56,184 nt of DNA from an uncultured bacterium (GCA_964515295.1 CAZETW010000006.1:1-56184), one strand, 5' to 3'; counted from the first letter of the stretch, positions 29,024 through 40,306 are shown. Translations and numbers: made by a program. The notes: generated by a model not told the origin, from the sequence alone.

Positions 29024-30856
29024 TTATTGATAATAAAGATATCTGTAATCTTTAATTTTTGCTTTTTCTTTAAGATTAGTGTACCAGGAACGATATATTT
29101 GCTGCATTTTCTGTTGCAGATAGGTATTTTCATAGCTGTCTTTTACTGATTCAAAATTTTCTTTGCTGATCCGTTTACGGTTGATTACTTTTAATAAATA
29201 ATATGCTCTGGTACCTTCTATTGGTTTTGAAATTTCACCTTCTTCAAGTTTAAATGCTGTGGCTGAGAAATTTATATTTTTACCAATTCTGGGTATAGAA
29301 GCTTCTCTTTTAAAAAAACCGGTTGTATGAACGTCAAGTGAGTGTTCTTCAGCTATTTTTTTTAGATTATCATCTGGTGTAATTTGTTCATATAATTCTC
29401 TGCATAACTGTTCTGCTTTTTTCTTCTTTTTTTCATTAATTATAGTTGAATGAATAGATTCTTTAACCTCCTCAATTGGTTTAACATGGGGTTTTTGTAT
29501 TTCAATAAGCTGAAAGATATATAGATTATCTCTAATAGTAATGGGACGGCTGAACCAATTTTTATTATTTTCAAATACAATTTTATTAATATTTTCAGCT
29601 AGTCCAATACCTGGAATAAATTGACCCTCCTGAAATAGAGGTGTTTCCTGAGGTTCTAAACCGACTTCATTAACTATTTTAATAAAATCTTTACCTTTGG
29701 TATCTTTTAATTCTTCATATACATAATTTGCATCTTCTCTGATGTTTTCTTCTGTTTCAATGCTTGCATTATATTTTAAAAGAATATGTTGGGCGTGTAC
29801 CTGATATTCACCATCCTTATATCGTTTATCCAGTACTTTTATTATATGCAACCCAAAATTTGTTTTCACCGGACCCACGATTTCACCAATTTCTGCATTA
29901 AATGCAGCTTCTTCAAAAGGTGTTGCCATTGAGCCTCTGGAAAGATACCCCAGATCACCACCTCTGGATGCTGTTCCCTGATCTTCTGAGTAGATTTCCG
30001 CCAGTTCAGAAAAATCTTCTCCTTCTTTTAATTGTTCAAGAATTTCTGTAATATCTGCATGTGTTGCCAGTGTATCATTTCGTGATGGTGTAAATTCAAA
30101 GCGGACATATCTCAGTTTCCGTTTTTCCGGTTCAGTATATGAATCTTTATGAGATTTATAATAATCAATGATCACTTCATCTGAAACCTCTATATTTTCA
30201 GAACTCACAGTATTCTGATTAAACTCTAAATATCTAACATTCACCTCTTCATTTTTCCACATATAATCCTGATATAATTCAGTATCTGTAACTTTTATAG
30301 TGGAAATAATTCTTTGCCGCAATTTTTGAAGAGGAAGCTGATTCTTGATCATATTCTCAAAAGGGATCCACTGCTGATAATTTGCCGGATCACTTAAAGC
30401 CTGGCGGTATTTATTAATGTCAAATTCACCATCAGTCTGAAAAGTTTCCACAGATTTAATATATTCTACATATTCTGGTGGTATATTCTGTAAGGTTTGC
30501 AGGTTGTATACAACCTCTTCAGGTGAAACTTTGATATTCAGACGTTCAACTTCTTCCTGGAAAAGTACAGACTGAATCATTTGTTCCCATACCTGCTCTC
30601 TGATTCTTTGTAGCTGAAATTCTGATATTTCCTGTTCAGGAGATTGTTCTCTTATTTGTGTTATTTGAAAACTCACCATTTCCTGGAATTTTTTATACTG
30701 AATTTCTTGCCCGTTAATTTTACCGATTATTCCTTTTTCAATTGTTGATGTATTTCTAAATCCGCCCATACCCCAACTAAAAATCAACATTATAACAAAC
30801 GCTACTGCTACAATACCCAGGATATATTTCATATTTTCTCTTAGTGCCTGCATCAT
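29024..30856 (-). CDS. PpiD/SurA-like peptidyl-prolyl isomerase
   Basis: N-terminal membrane anchor MMQALRE, parvulin motif FSELAEIYSED...GGDLG...FEEAAF...PVKTNFGLHII. Confidence 0.88.
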   Translation of the reverse strand: MMQALRENMKYILGIVAVAFVIMLIFSWGMGGFRNTSTIEKGIIGKINGQEIQYKKFQEMVSFQITQIREQSPEQEISEFQLQRIREQVWEQMIQSVLFQEEVERLNIKVSPEEVVYNLQTLQNIPPEYVEYIKSVETFQTDGEFDINKYRQALSDPANYQQWIPFENMIKNQLPLQKLRQRIISTIKVTDTELYQDYMWKNEEVNVRYLEFNQNTVSSENIEVSDEVIIDYYKSHKDSYTEPEKRKLRYVRFEFTPSRNDTLATHADITEILEQLKEGEDFSELAEIYSEDQGTASRGGDLGYLSRGSMATPFEEAAFNAEIGEIVGPVKTNFGLHIIKVLDKRYKDGEYQVHAQHILLKYNASIETEENIREDANYVYEELKDTKGKDFIKIVNEVGLEPQETPLFQEGQFIPGIGLAENINKIVFENNKNWFSRPITIRDNLYIFQLIEIQKPHVKPIEEVKESIHSTIINEKKKKKAEQLCRELYEQITPDDNLKKIAEEHSLDVHTTGFFKREASIPRIGKNINFSATAFKLEEGEISKPIEGTRAYYLLKVINRKRISKENFESVKDSYENTYLQQKMQQIYRSWYTNLKEKAKIKDYRYLYYQ

Positions 30857-31056
30857 AAGCTAAAATTCTCCTTTGAATAAATTAACAATCATCGTTACTT
30901 CGATAAACTTTTAAAATATAATATCAATTGAGGATTAATGCAAGAAATTTGTATGATCTGATTTTAACAAATAAATTTAAATTACTTTTCCTGTAAGCTT
31001 GATTATTATCCTGGTCACCTTTATATTAATCTGACAGAAGATTGGAGCAATATTTT

Positions 31057-31266
31057 ATGTTTGGAAAAGGACTGAGAAAAAACAGAAAGTTTTCTTTTAA
31101 AACATATTATTATGATCCCGAAAAGGATACAACGAATAATCGAAGAATAGAATTTAAAAGAAAAGTCAGGAGAAAAGCTGCAAAACAAAAATCCATGATA
31201 TCTTTAATTATTCTTTTGGCTGTTGTCTTGTATTTAATTTATATGTTAAATAATGCAGTTAAGTAA
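31057..31266 (+). CDS. Small basic membrane-anchored hypothetical protein
   Basis: GGAG RBS; RKF...YYDPEKD...RIEF then a C-terminal hydrophobic helix. Confidence 0.65.
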   Translation: MFGKGLRKNRKFSFKTYYYDPEKDTTNNRRIEFKRKVRRKAAKQKSMISLIILLAVVLYLIYMLNNAVK

Positions 31267-31290
31267 ATAAAGTATACTTATTTCGATTTA

Positions 31291-32997
31291 ATGAAAACTA
31301 AAATTCATATTTTATCAGAACATTTAATGAAGAGGATTGCTGCAGGTGAAGTCATTGAACGACCTGCATCCGTGGTAAAAGAATTGTTGGAAAACAGTCT
31401 TGATGCTCAAGCCTCTAAAATATCGTTATTAATTAAAGATGGCGGTATTGAAAAGATACAGGTAATTGATAATGGATCTGGAATGTCGGAGGAAGATGTT
31501 TTGGTCTGCTGTGAACGCCATGCAACCAGCAAAATATCTTCTCAGCGAGATCTTGAAGATATTCATACTTTTGGGTTCAGGGGAGAAGCACTGGCCAGTA
31601 TCAGTTCAGTATCAAGGATGGAAATAATCAGTATGACAGAGGAGGACAGTGAAGCAACTCATGCTTATCTGGAAAATGGTAAAATTAAGGAAGTGATTAA
31701 ATGTGCTCCGAGGAAGGGAACGACAGTCACAGTAAAAGATATTTTTAGTCATGTTCCGGCCCGCAGAAAGTTTTTAAAACGACCTTCTACAGAACTCCGA
31801 CATATTATTGCTGCTTTTCGAAAGGTTTGTCTTGCTCATCCGGATATTGAATTTATTCTCTATATTGATGGGAAGAAAACCTACGATTTGCGACCGGGAA
31901 AACTGGAAAAGCGCATCAGGGATCTTTTAGGCAAAGAAAAGTCCTCAAAGCTTATACCAGTTGAAAAGAAGAATAATCTTTATTCACTTTTTGGATTTAT
32001 AAGTAAACCAACAGATCCGGTAAAAACCAGAGAAAATCAATTTTTTTTCCTGAATAAAAGAAATGTTGTTAATAAATCTGTAATACATGCAGTGCTTTCT
32101 GCTTATGAGTCCAGATCAACAAGAAATACGTTCCCTGTATTTATGCTATTTTTGGATACTGATCCACAGCGTTTTGACGTTAATGTTCATCCAGCTAAGA
32201 TTGAAGTGCGTTTTCGGGATGAGAGGATTATTCATGATTTTATTCGTAGTGCAGTAAAAGAAGCATTAAACAAACCCTCTGTCATTCCTGAACTTAATGT
32301 AATCCATAATAGAAAGAGATTAGGAAAAGCGCAAAAAATAATTGATGCTGCTGATCTGGGACAATTAACCTTAGATGCTCAGGGAACGCCTGAAGAAAAT
32401 ATTCAAAAATACTATCATGTGAAAGGATTTCAGAGCACTCCTAAACTATGGCAGATCCATAAACGTTATATAATCTCTCAGATAAAAAGCGGTCTTACTA
32501 TCATTGATCAACATGTTGCTCATGAAAGAGTATTATATGAAAAAGCATTGAATTCTCTGAAAGGAACCGAGGGCGTTTCTCAACAATTGTTATTTCCTCA
32601 GACTGTTCAATTATCACCAGATGATTATATACTATTAACAGAAATACTTCCATTTTTAGAGAAAATCGGATTTTCAATTAAGGAATTTGGGAGGAATACT
32701 ATTATTATTGAAGCTATTCCGGCAGATATCAGAACAGGTTTTGAGAGAGATATTTTAATTGATATCATTGATCATTATAATGAGACCAAGGATGAAACTT
32801 CGGATGCAAAAGATGCAGTTGCCAAGTCATATGCCTGCAAGTCAGCTATAAAATCCGGTAAAGAGATGACTGACGAAGAGATGGTTTCATTGATTGATCA
32901 GCTTTTTGCTACTGAGAATCCGTATTTCTGTCCTCACGGAAGACCAGTTGTGGTTAATCTTAGTATCGAAGAAATTGATAAGCGATTCGGGAGATAA
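31291..32997 (+). CDS. mutL: DNA mismatch repair endonuclease MutL
   Basis: IAAGEVIERPASVVKEL, GFRGEAL, DQHVAHERVLYE, CPHGRP. Confidence 0.97.
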   Translation: MKTKIHILSEHLMKRIAAGEVIERPASVVKELLENSLDAQASKISLLIKDGGIEKIQVIDNGSGMSEEDVLVCCERHATSKISSQRDLEDIHTFGFRGEALASISSVSRMEIISMTEEDSEATHAYLENGKIKEVIKCAPRKGTTVTVKDIFSHVPARRKFLKRPSTELRHIIAAFRKVCLAHPDIEFILYIDGKKTYDLRPGKLEKRIRDLLGKEKSSKLIPVEKKNNLYSLFGFISKPTDPVKTRENQFFFLNKRNVVNKSVIHAVLSAYESRSTRNTFPVFMLFLDTDPQRFDVNVHPAKIEVRFRDERIIHDFIRSAVKEALNKPSVIPELNVIHNRKRLGKAQKIIDAADLGQLTLDAQGTPEENIQKYYHVKGFQSTPKLWQIHKRYIISQIKSGLTIIDQHVAHERVLYEKALNSLKGTEGVSQQLLFPQTVQLSPDDYILLTEILPFLEKIGFSIKEFGRNTIIIEAIPADIRTGFERDILIDIIDHYNETKDETSDAKDAVAKSYACKSAIKSGKEMTDEEMVSLIDQLFATENPYFCPHGRPVVVNLSIEEIDKRFGR

Positions 32998-32999
32998 TA

Positions 33000-33938
33000 T
33001 TGGTGCAGGATAACGTTATTGTAATAACAGGACCAACAGCTTCTGGAAAAACAGAGATATCAATTAAACTTGCCTTAAAAAAGGATGCTGAAATAGTATC
33101 AGCAGATTCCAGACAAATATATAAATATATGGATATTGGTACAGCCAAACCCACTCAGGAAGAATTGCAAACGGTAAAACATCATTGCATAAATATTAAA
33201 GAACCAGATGAGTTTTTTAATGCCGGTATGTATGGAAAACTATCGCGGAAGATAGTAAATGATATTTTTGAAAGAAAAATACTACCAGTTGTTGTGGGCG
33301 GATCCGGACTTTATGTACGTGCATTGACAGATGGGATCTTTGAGGGAGAATACAGAAATGCAACAATTCGGAAGAAATTAAAAAATCAATTGAATGAAAA
33401 GGGTCACCATGAACTTTTTTCTCGCTTGGTTGAGGTTGATCCGGAATCGGCAGACAGAATCCATCCGCATGATTCAAAAAGAATAATAAGAGCACTTGAA
33501 GTATATGAACTCTCTGGTGAACCAATTTCCTCTTTACAAATCCGGTCAACCAGAAAAGCAGATTTTATTCCTCTGTTTTTTGGATTACACTGGCCCAGGA
33601 AAATTCTTTATAAAAGAATTGAACAAAGAGTTGATGCTATGATGGATGCAGGGTTTGTTGCTGAAGTAGAAAATTTACTGGATAGGGGATATAGTCCGGA
33701 ACTCAATAGTCTTGATTCTTTGGGATATAGAGAAATTATTACTTATCTGAAAGGAAAGTATGATTACAGTACAATGGTAGAAGAAATAAAAAAGAATACC
33801 CGGCGGTTTGCTAAAAAACAATTAACCTGGTTCAGAAAAGACAGCAGAATAACCTGGATTGATATGTATGAATGCAGTGATACTCAAGAAGTTATTGATA
33901 TGATACTGGACTGTTCATCTCGTAGAAAAGAAATATAA
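33000..33938 (+). CDS. miaA: tRNA dimethylallyltransferase
   Basis: GPTASGKT, SADSRQIY, DIGTAKP, TRRFAKKQLTWF. Confidence 0.96.
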   Translation: MVQDNVIVITGPTASGKTEISIKLALKKDAEIVSADSRQIYKYMDIGTAKPTQEELQTVKHHCINIKEPDEFFNAGMYGKLSRKIVNDIFERKILPVVVGGSGLYVRALTDGIFEGEYRNATIRKKLKNQLNEKGHHELFSRLVEVDPESADRIHPHDSKRIIRALEVYELSGEPISSLQIRSTRKADFIPLFFGLHWPRKILYKRIEQRVDAMMDAGFVAEVENLLDRGYSPELNSLDSLGYREIITYLKGKYDYSTMVEEIKKNTRRFAKKQLTWFRKDSRITWIDMYECSDTQEVIDMILDCSSRRKEI

Positions 33939-34029
33939 ATGGAAACAGCATTATTGATAATAAATTTGAGAATACTGTAGTTATTAGGGAATTGATAAAA
34001 AATTAAAAATATATAATATGAAATCTAAA

Positions 34030-34156
34030 GAGACTGTCGAAAAAGTCAATTCATGTCTTTGCGAGGAGCAATCTCCTTCAGTTTGGTTAAAAATGTAGGG
34101 GATTGCTTCGTAAAAAATACTCGCAATGACATATTTAGGACTTTTTTGACAGTCTC
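34030..34156. mobile_element. 127-bp MITE enclosing a REP-like palindrome
   Basis: TIRs gagactgtcgaaaaagtc / gacttttttgacagtctc (17 of 18); inner gtctttgcgag...gcaatc...gattgcttcg...ctcgcaatgac. Confidence 0.8.
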
Positions 34157-34217
34157 AAAGACTAATGGCTAAATAGCTAATTGCTAACTAGCCAATGAGC
34201 TAATTTCCAAGGAGGTT

Positions 34218-35009
34218 TTGATGAGAAGTCATGAAATAGATTACAAAATTATTGGGGATGATATGCAGATAGTGGAAATAGAGCTGGATAGAAATGAATC
34301 TGTTATTGCAGAAGCTGGTGCAATGAATTATATGGAAGACGGTATAACCTATGAGGCTAAAATGGGGGATGGTTCTAACCCTTCTGAAAGGTTTATAAGT
34401 AAATTGGTCAGTGCAGGCAAGCGGGTTATTTCCGGCGAATCTATTATGATGACTCATTTTAAAAATCTGGCTGCTGATAAAAGATGTGTAAGTTTTGCAG
34501 CTCCTTATCCTGGGAAAATTATTCCGGTAGATCTGTCGAAAATCGGAGGAAAACTTTATTGTCAGAAGGATGCTTTTCTTTGTGCAGTATTTGGCACTAA
34601 ACTTGATATTGCTTTTGCTAAAAGATTCGGAGCCGGAATGTTTGGTGGGGAAGGATTTATTTTGCAAAAACTGGAAGGTGATGGAAAGGCTTTTCTTCAC
34701 GCAGGTGGAACAGTTGTAAAGAAAACCTTAAATAATGAAGTGATCAAAGTTGATACAGGATGTGTGGTTTGTTTTACTCAGAATATTGATTATAACATTG
34801 AAATGGTAAGAGGATTAAAATCTATGTTTTTTGGAGGTGAAGGTATGTTTCTCTGTACATTTCAGGGGACTGGTATTGTCATGCTTCAATCTCTTCCTTT
34901 ATCCCGTCTGGCTGACAGAATACTGCGCTATGCTCCCTCTGTCGGTGGAAGAAGAAAGGGAGAAGGATCCATTCTGGGCGGATTAGGTGATTTTCTTAAT
35001 GGGGATTGA
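34218..35009 (+). CDS. TIGR00266/AIM24 family protein
   Basis: [46 protein letters not shown]. Confidence 0.92.
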   Translation: MMRSHEIDYKIIGDDMQIVEIELDRNESVIAEAGAMNYMEDGITYEAKMGDGSNPSERFISKLVSAGKRVISGESIMMTHFKNLAADKRCVSFAAPYPGKIIPVDLSKIGGKLYCQKDAFLCAVFGTKLDIAFAKRFGAGMFGGEGFILQKLEGDGKAFLHAGGTVVKKTLNNEVIKVDTGCVVCFTQNIDYNIEMVRGLKSMFFGGEGMFLCTFQGTGIVMLQSLPLSRLADRILRYAPSVGGRRKGEGSILGGLGDFLNGD

Positions 35010-35139
35010 TATTATCTGATAAAGTATAATCGGGATTCGGAATCGCAATCGATCAGTGAATTGTGTCCCCTGGATTTGGATAACTACATGTATATCGAAA
35101 GTTTTTAAAACGACTATCAATAACATAAGGAGAAAGAGT

Positions 35140-36738
35140 ATGAAAAAGATTGTATTATTGGTTTTGTTTTTGGTTTTGGTTACATCAAATCTTAATGCCT
35201 GTACTAGCATCATTGTAACCAAAGGAGCTACCCAGGATAAATCTGTTATGATTACCTATTCCTGTGACGGAGAATTTCTCTATCAACTCAGCATCATTCC
35301 TGCTCAGGATCACGCTCCGGATACGTACTATGAAATCAGAAACAGAGAAGGTAAAATAACTGCAAAGATTCCTCAACCCTCACATACATATAAAGTAGTG
35401 GGATTGATGAACGAACATCAGCTTGCTATTGGGGAGACCACTACCACAGGAAGAAGAGAATTGCAAAATCCTGATGGTGCCCTTCATTACTGGACTTTAA
35501 TGCAGCTTGCTTTGCAGAGAGCAAAAACTGCCAGGCAAGCAATAAAAGTCATGACTTCTCTGGTAGAAGAGTATGGATATGCAAGTACAGCAGAAGCTTT
35601 TTCTATAGCCGATCCTGAAGAAGCCTGGATAATGGAAATGGTGGGTACCGGGCCTGGCGGTAAGGGAGCGGTTTGGGTTGCAAGAAAAGTACCGGACGGA
35701 TATGTTTGTTGCCATGCAAATCTTTCCAGAATAGGTGAATTCCCCCTGAATGATAAGGAAAATTGTCTTTATTCAGATAATGTTATTTCATTTGCTGTAG
35801 AAAAAGGATATTATGATCCTGATTCAGGTGAACCCTTTAAATTTAATATGGCATATTGTCCTCCCGATCCAGTCAGTTTACGGTCATGTGCAACCCGGGT
35901 ATGGAGTATATTGCGCAGAACTGCACCTTCCAAAAATTTCAGTCCAGACTATCATCGCGGTGTTAAAGGAGCAGATTCATATCCTCTCTGGATTAAACCT
36001 GATGAAAAATTATCCGCAAAGGATGTGATGAATCTTATGAGAGACCACTACGAAGGTACTGATTTTGATATGACTGAAGGTATTACTGCCGGTCCTTTCG
36101 GTAATCCTTACCGGTGGAGGGGATTAACCTGGGAGATAGATAGTGTTGAATACTGCTGGGAACGTCCGATTTCAACCCAGCAAACTTCCTTTTCTTTTGT
36201 GTCCCAATCACGTTCATATTTACCAGATAATATCGGTGGTGTTTTCTGGTTTGGCTTCAATGATACCTATTTTACCTGTTATACTCCTTTGTATTGCTGT
36301 ATAGATAAGGTACCGGAATCGTTTACCAGCGGTAGTTTGCAGAATTTTTCTTTTGATTCAGCCTGGTGGGTTTTTAATTTTGTTTCAAATATTGCCTATA
36401 TAAAGTATTCATATATGATAGAAGATATTCAGACCGTACAGTCAGAACTTGAAGATTATGCATTGAAAATGCAGTCTCATATTGAACAAACCTGTCTGCA
36501 GTTATCCAAGAAAGATAAAGGAGAAATGATACAGAAATTTCTGACAGATTATTCTTTCAGTCGAGCTGAGGAGGTGGTAAAAAAATGGCAGACTCTGGGA
36601 GAAGACCTGCTCACAAAATATAATGACGGGTATGTTAAGGATGAAAACGGCAGACCACAATCCAAAGGGTATCCTCAGGAGTGGCTGAAGAGGGTGGTCG
36701 AAAACAATCCGGAAAAATATAAACTTCCTGTCTGGTAG
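35140..36738 (+). CDS. Secreted C69 family dipeptidase
   Basis: Signal peptide ending LNA followed by the Ntn nucleophile CTSIIV; MNEHQLAIGETT, MRDHYEGT, ERPIS. Confidence 0.92.
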   Translation: MKKIVLLVLFLVLVTSNLNACTSIIVTKGATQDKSVMITYSCDGEFLYQLSIIPAQDHAPDTYYEIRNREGKITAKIPQPSHTYKVVGLMNEHQLAIGETTTTGRRELQNPDGALHYWTLMQLALQRAKTARQAIKVMTSLVEEYGYASTAEAFSIADPEEAWIMEMVGTGPGGKGAVWVARKVPDGYVCCHANLSRIGEFPLNDKENCLYSDNVISFAVEKGYYDPDSGEPFKFNMAYCPPDPVSLRSCATRVWSILRRTAPSKNFSPDYHRGVKGADSYPLWIKPDEKLSAKDVMNLMRDHYEGTDFDMTEGITAGPFGNPYRWRGLTWEIDSVEYCWERPISTQQTSFSFVSQSRSYLPDNIGGVFWFGFNDTYFTCYTPLYCCIDKVPESFTSGSLQNFSFDSAWWVFNFVSNIAYIKYSYMIEDIQTVQSELEDYALKMQSHIEQTCLQLSKKDKGEMIQKFLTDYSFSRAEEVVKKWQTLGEDLLTKYNDGYVKDENGRPQSKGYPQEWLKRVVENNPEKYKLPVW

Positions 36739-36821
36739 TAAATTAAACCTGGAATATCAATCCATGAATTGAATCTTAAAGATTATATTTTAGGTTTTTC
36801 ATTTAAAAAAAAGGATGTGTT

Positions 36822-37835
36822 TTGAATTCTAAAAAGATAAAAAATAAAATCCCGGATAAATCAAAAGATGTAGTAAGATTTATGCACATATCTGATACCC
36901 ATCTTTGGTCAGAAAAATGGGGTCAGCCCTTTGGCACTGTTGGTCATGATCCCATGATCTGGAACAGCATCTGGAAAATGTTACCTGCTGTACAGCCTGA
37001 TGCTGTATTATGGTCAGGTGATATTGCAGCAGGTCAGGATTGGAATGCCTATCAGGTGGCAAACAGTCCGGAAGGTCCCTTAAAACATGAAATTGCAGAT
37101 ATCAGATATATAAAAAATTATAATATACCTGTTTATTCAGTTCCTGGCAATCATGATCATTATATTAGTTTTTGGAAAATATTTTTTTATGTAAGAAATA
37201 AATTTATTTTTAATAAATTTTTTCAGAAAAGTAATTGTCCCAGTCTCAATGTGTTTAAGAAAAAGAATATTCGGTTTAATATTTTCCGCATAGACTCCTC
37301 AAGCGGTATAAATACTTTTGATAAAATGACTTTCTCAGCAGGCTGTATCCATAAAAGAGATTTAAAAGTACTTAAACACTGGAGAGAGATTGCCAGGAAT
37401 GGGGGGATGATTAAAACAAATAAAATTAATCCTGAAATTTTATCTGATTCCTGGAATATTCTGGTAATTCATCATGAATTAACCAAGGATCGTTTTTATA
37501 GTGATATTAGTAAAAAATCAAAAATTGAATTAATGAAACTGATTGCTCAGATTCCAATTCATGTAATTGCATGCGGTCATCTTCATAAGCAAAAGATTTC
37601 TTATTTTCCATTATTTGGCGCCGGAAGGCTGAACACGAAAAAAAATTTGCCATATATGAAAAATAATAATATGATACGAGCTGAACATGTAAGAATCTCA
37701 AGAGCAGGTTCAACCTGTGAAAAATTTGAAAAACAAAATACGATGAATCTTATTGATTTTAACAAAACCAGTTTCAGTATAAAAACTTTAATTTATGATA
37801 ATAAAACAAAAGCTTTCATTCTGAACCGTATGTGA
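36822..37835 (+). CDS. Calcineurin-like metallophosphoesterase
   Basis: HISDTH, SGDI, PGNHD, IHH, CGHLH motifs; TTG start with AAGGA RBS. Confidence 0.82.
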   Translation: MNSKKIKNKIPDKSKDVVRFMHISDTHLWSEKWGQPFGTVGHDPMIWNSIWKMLPAVQPDAVLWSGDIAAGQDWNAYQVANSPEGPLKHEIADIRYIKNYNIPVYSVPGNHDHYISFWKIFFYVRNKFIFNKFFQKSNCPSLNVFKKKNIRFNIFRIDSSSGINTFDKMTFSAGCIHKRDLKVLKHWREIARNGGMIKTNKINPEILSDSWNILVIHHELTKDRFYSDISKKSKIELMKLIAQIPIHVIACGHLHKQKISYFPLFGAGRLNTKKNLPYMKNNNMIRAEHVRISRAGSTCEKFEKQNTMNLIDFNKTSFSIKTLIYDNKTKAFILNRM

Positions 37836-38034
37836 TTTCTGACTACTGTAAAGAGATCTTATGCTTCAACAGTTCAGAGTTCTTTGTTCAAAGAGTGAAT
37901 ATTTTTTTAAAGAATTTTGAATTTGTCTTTATAAATATAAATTAGTGATTCAGAGCCTTTAAACTCTGAAACTGGAATCCAGCACTTTGTACCTTAAAAC
38001 TTAGAGCCTGGACTGATTTTCAAAAGGAATATAC

Positions 38035-39402
38035 ATGTCGGAGAATGTAAATATAACTAAAGGAGTAGCAACTCTTCTTGGTAATCCCAAAAAAGCAATT
38101 TTGAAGTTATCGACTCCAATGATGTTGGCAATGCTGTGCCAGGCATTATACAATATTGCTGATGGAATCTGGGTTGCAGGTTTGGGAGCTGATCAATTAG
38201 CAGCAGTTGGGTTATTTTTCCCATTTTTTATTATCATCATTGCTCTTGGAGCTGGAATTGGTGTAGGAGGAAGTTCGGCTGTTTCCCGTAGAATTGGAGA
38301 GAATAAAAAGGTTGAAGCTGATAATACTGCATTGCATACTATTATTTTGGGGATAGTAATTGCATTAATCGTCAGTATTCCTTCATTACCATTTCTGGAA
38401 AACATATTCCGTTCTTTTAGTGGAAGTGAAAATGTTGGATCAATGGCCAGTGATTATGCAGAAATACTTTTTGGCGGTACAGTTATAATTATGTTTTCCC
38501 ATATTGCTAATGCTATACTCAGAGGAGAAGGTGATGCGAATAGGGCTATGTATGGTATGCTGGTTGGCTCTTTACTGAATATTGTTCTTGATCCGATCTT
38601 TATTTATGTTCTGGATCTTGGGGTTATAGGAGCTGCATGGGCAACCTTGATCTCCTTGACAGTTTCTGCAGGTTTGCTTTTTTATTGGCTTTTGTTTAAG
38701 AAAAATACTTATTTGACTATTGTATTGAGAGATTTTCGTTTTGATAAAAAAATTGTAAAAGAAATTCTGAAAGTAGGAATCCCATCTTCACTGTCTCAGC
38801 TTTCGATGTCCATCACTATGATAGTCATAAACAAAATCGTAATTCAAGCTGCGGGAACTGATGGAGTAGCTGTATTTACCAGTGGCTGGAGGATAGTTAT
38901 GTTTGGTACTATACCGTTAATTGGGATGTCTATGGGGGTAGTTTCCGTAACAGGAGCTGCATTTGGTGCCAGAGATAAGGAAAAATTAAAGACAGCCTAT
39001 TTATATTCACTGAAACTGGGGATAATTATTGAATTGTTCGTTGCTGTTATTGTGTTTGTTTTTTCAAAACAAATTGCCTATATGTTTACTTATTCTGAAG
39101 ATGCGGCCAGAATTATGGATGAAATTATTATTTTTTTAAGAATAATGGTTTTAATTTATCCAACTGTACCTTTGGGTATGCTGACATCTGCCATGTTTAG
39201 GGGTGTGGGTAAAGGTAAGAATTCATTGATAGCTACTCTTTTCAGAACCATAATCTTGCAGGTCCCGTTTGCATATTTATTAGGTATCTATTTTAATATG
39301 GGATTAATAGGTGTCTGGATCGGCATAATTGCCGGTAATATTATTGCTGTTAGTGTAACCTTTCTGTGGGGTAAGTATACTGTTAATCATATAATCGGAT
39401 AA
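38035..39402 (+). CDS. MATE family efflux transporter
   Basis: YNIADGIWV, LRGEGDA, LNIVLDPIFIY...GAAWAT; many TM segments. Confidence 0.93.
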   Translation: MSENVNITKGVATLLGNPKKAILKLSTPMMLAMLCQALYNIADGIWVAGLGADQLAAVGLFFPFFIIIIALGAGIGVGGSSAVSRRIGENKKVEADNTALHTIILGIVIALIVSIPSLPFLENIFRSFSGSENVGSMASDYAEILFGGTVIIMFSHIANAILRGEGDANRAMYGMLVGSLLNIVLDPIFIYVLDLGVIGAAWATLISLTVSAGLLFYWLLFKKNTYLTIVLRDFRFDKKIVKEILKVGIPSSLSQLSMSITMIVINKIVIQAAGTDGVAVFTSGWRIVMFGTIPLIGMSMGVVSVTGAAFGARDKEKLKTAYLYSLKLGIIIELFVAVIVFVFSKQIAYMFTYSEDAARIMDEIIIFLRIMVLIYPTVPLGMLTSAMFRGVGKGKNSLIATLFRTIILQVPFAYLLGIYFNMGLIGVWIGIIAGNIIAVSVTFLWGKYTVNHIIG

Positions 39403-39406
39403 AGAT

Positions 39407-40306
39407 ATGATAAAAAAGTATTTTGCAGTGTTTGTTTTTTTATTAAGTTTGCAGACTTCCTGTTCAAAAAGTCAGGTTCCTGAATTTGATCAGGAGAGGG
39501 CATTTTATTATTTAATGCAGCAATGTAATATTGGTTACAGATATCCGGGAAGTGAGGGACATAAGGAATGTCTTGATTATCTGTATACAGAACTGAAGAA
39601 ATATACCAATGCTGTTGTTAAACAGCCATTCCCTTTTACTGATCCCAGAACGGGAGAATCGTATCAGTTGCATAATATAATTTCCTCTTTTGGAAAACAG
39701 TCTCAGCGAATTCTTCTTTGTGCACATTGGGATACACGGCCCATAGCTGATCAGGATCCTGATCCAGAAAAAAGAGATGAACCGGTTTTAGGAGCTAATG
39801 ACGGTGCTTCCGGTGTAGCAGTTTTATTGGAAATTGCCAGAATCTTGAAATTATACCCTCCGCCAGTGGGGATTGATATAGTTTTGTTTGACGGAGAAGA
39901 TTCCGGTATTGAGGGCAGAAATGACACCTGGTGTTATGGATCGCGTTTCTTTGCCCAGCATAAACGTTTAGATTATTTACCACAGTATGGTATCCTTCTT
40001 GATATGATCGGAGATAAAGATCTACATATACCGGTAGAAGGCTATTCTCAACAATATGTACCTGAAATTGTTGATAAAGTATGGAGTAAAGCAGAGAGTC
40101 TGGGCCTGACTGTGTTTGACAGAAGTTCAGAATATTATATGATAGATGATCACCTTGAGTTGATCAAGGTTGGTATTCCCTGTGTTAATGTTATTGATTT
40201 TAACTATCCTTACTGGCATACGGTTGAAGATACACCAGATAAATGCAGTCCGGAAAGTCTTGGTATTATAGGAAAATTAGTGTTACATCTAATTTATGAA
40301 CAATAA
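39407..40306 (+). CDS. M28 family peptidase / glutaminyl cyclase-like lipoprotein
   Basis: QTSC lipobox, AHWDTRP, GANDGASGV, FDGED, LDMIGD, DDH, YWHT. Confidence 0.88.
   Translation: MIKKYFAVFVFLLSLQTSCSKSQVPEFDQERAFYYLMQQCNIGYRYPGSEGHKECLDYLYTELKKYTNAVVKQPFPFTDPRTGESYQLHNIISSFGKQSQRILLCAHWDTRPIADQDPDPEKRDEPVLGANDGASGVAVLLEIARILKLYPPPVGIDIVLFDGEDSGIEGRNDTWCYGSRFFAQHKRLDYLPQYGILLDMIGDKDLHIPVEGYSQQYVPEIVDKVWSKAESLGLTVFDRSSEYYMIDDHLELIKVGIPCVNVIDFNYPYWHTVEDTPDKCSPESLGIIGKLVLHLIYEQ

Noticed and set aside
34200-34700. 166-aa minus-strand ORF and other short antisense ORFs in the track (e.g. 48391-48708, 55078-55467)
   Set aside because: They overlap well-supported genes or remnants on the opposite strand and show no motifs.
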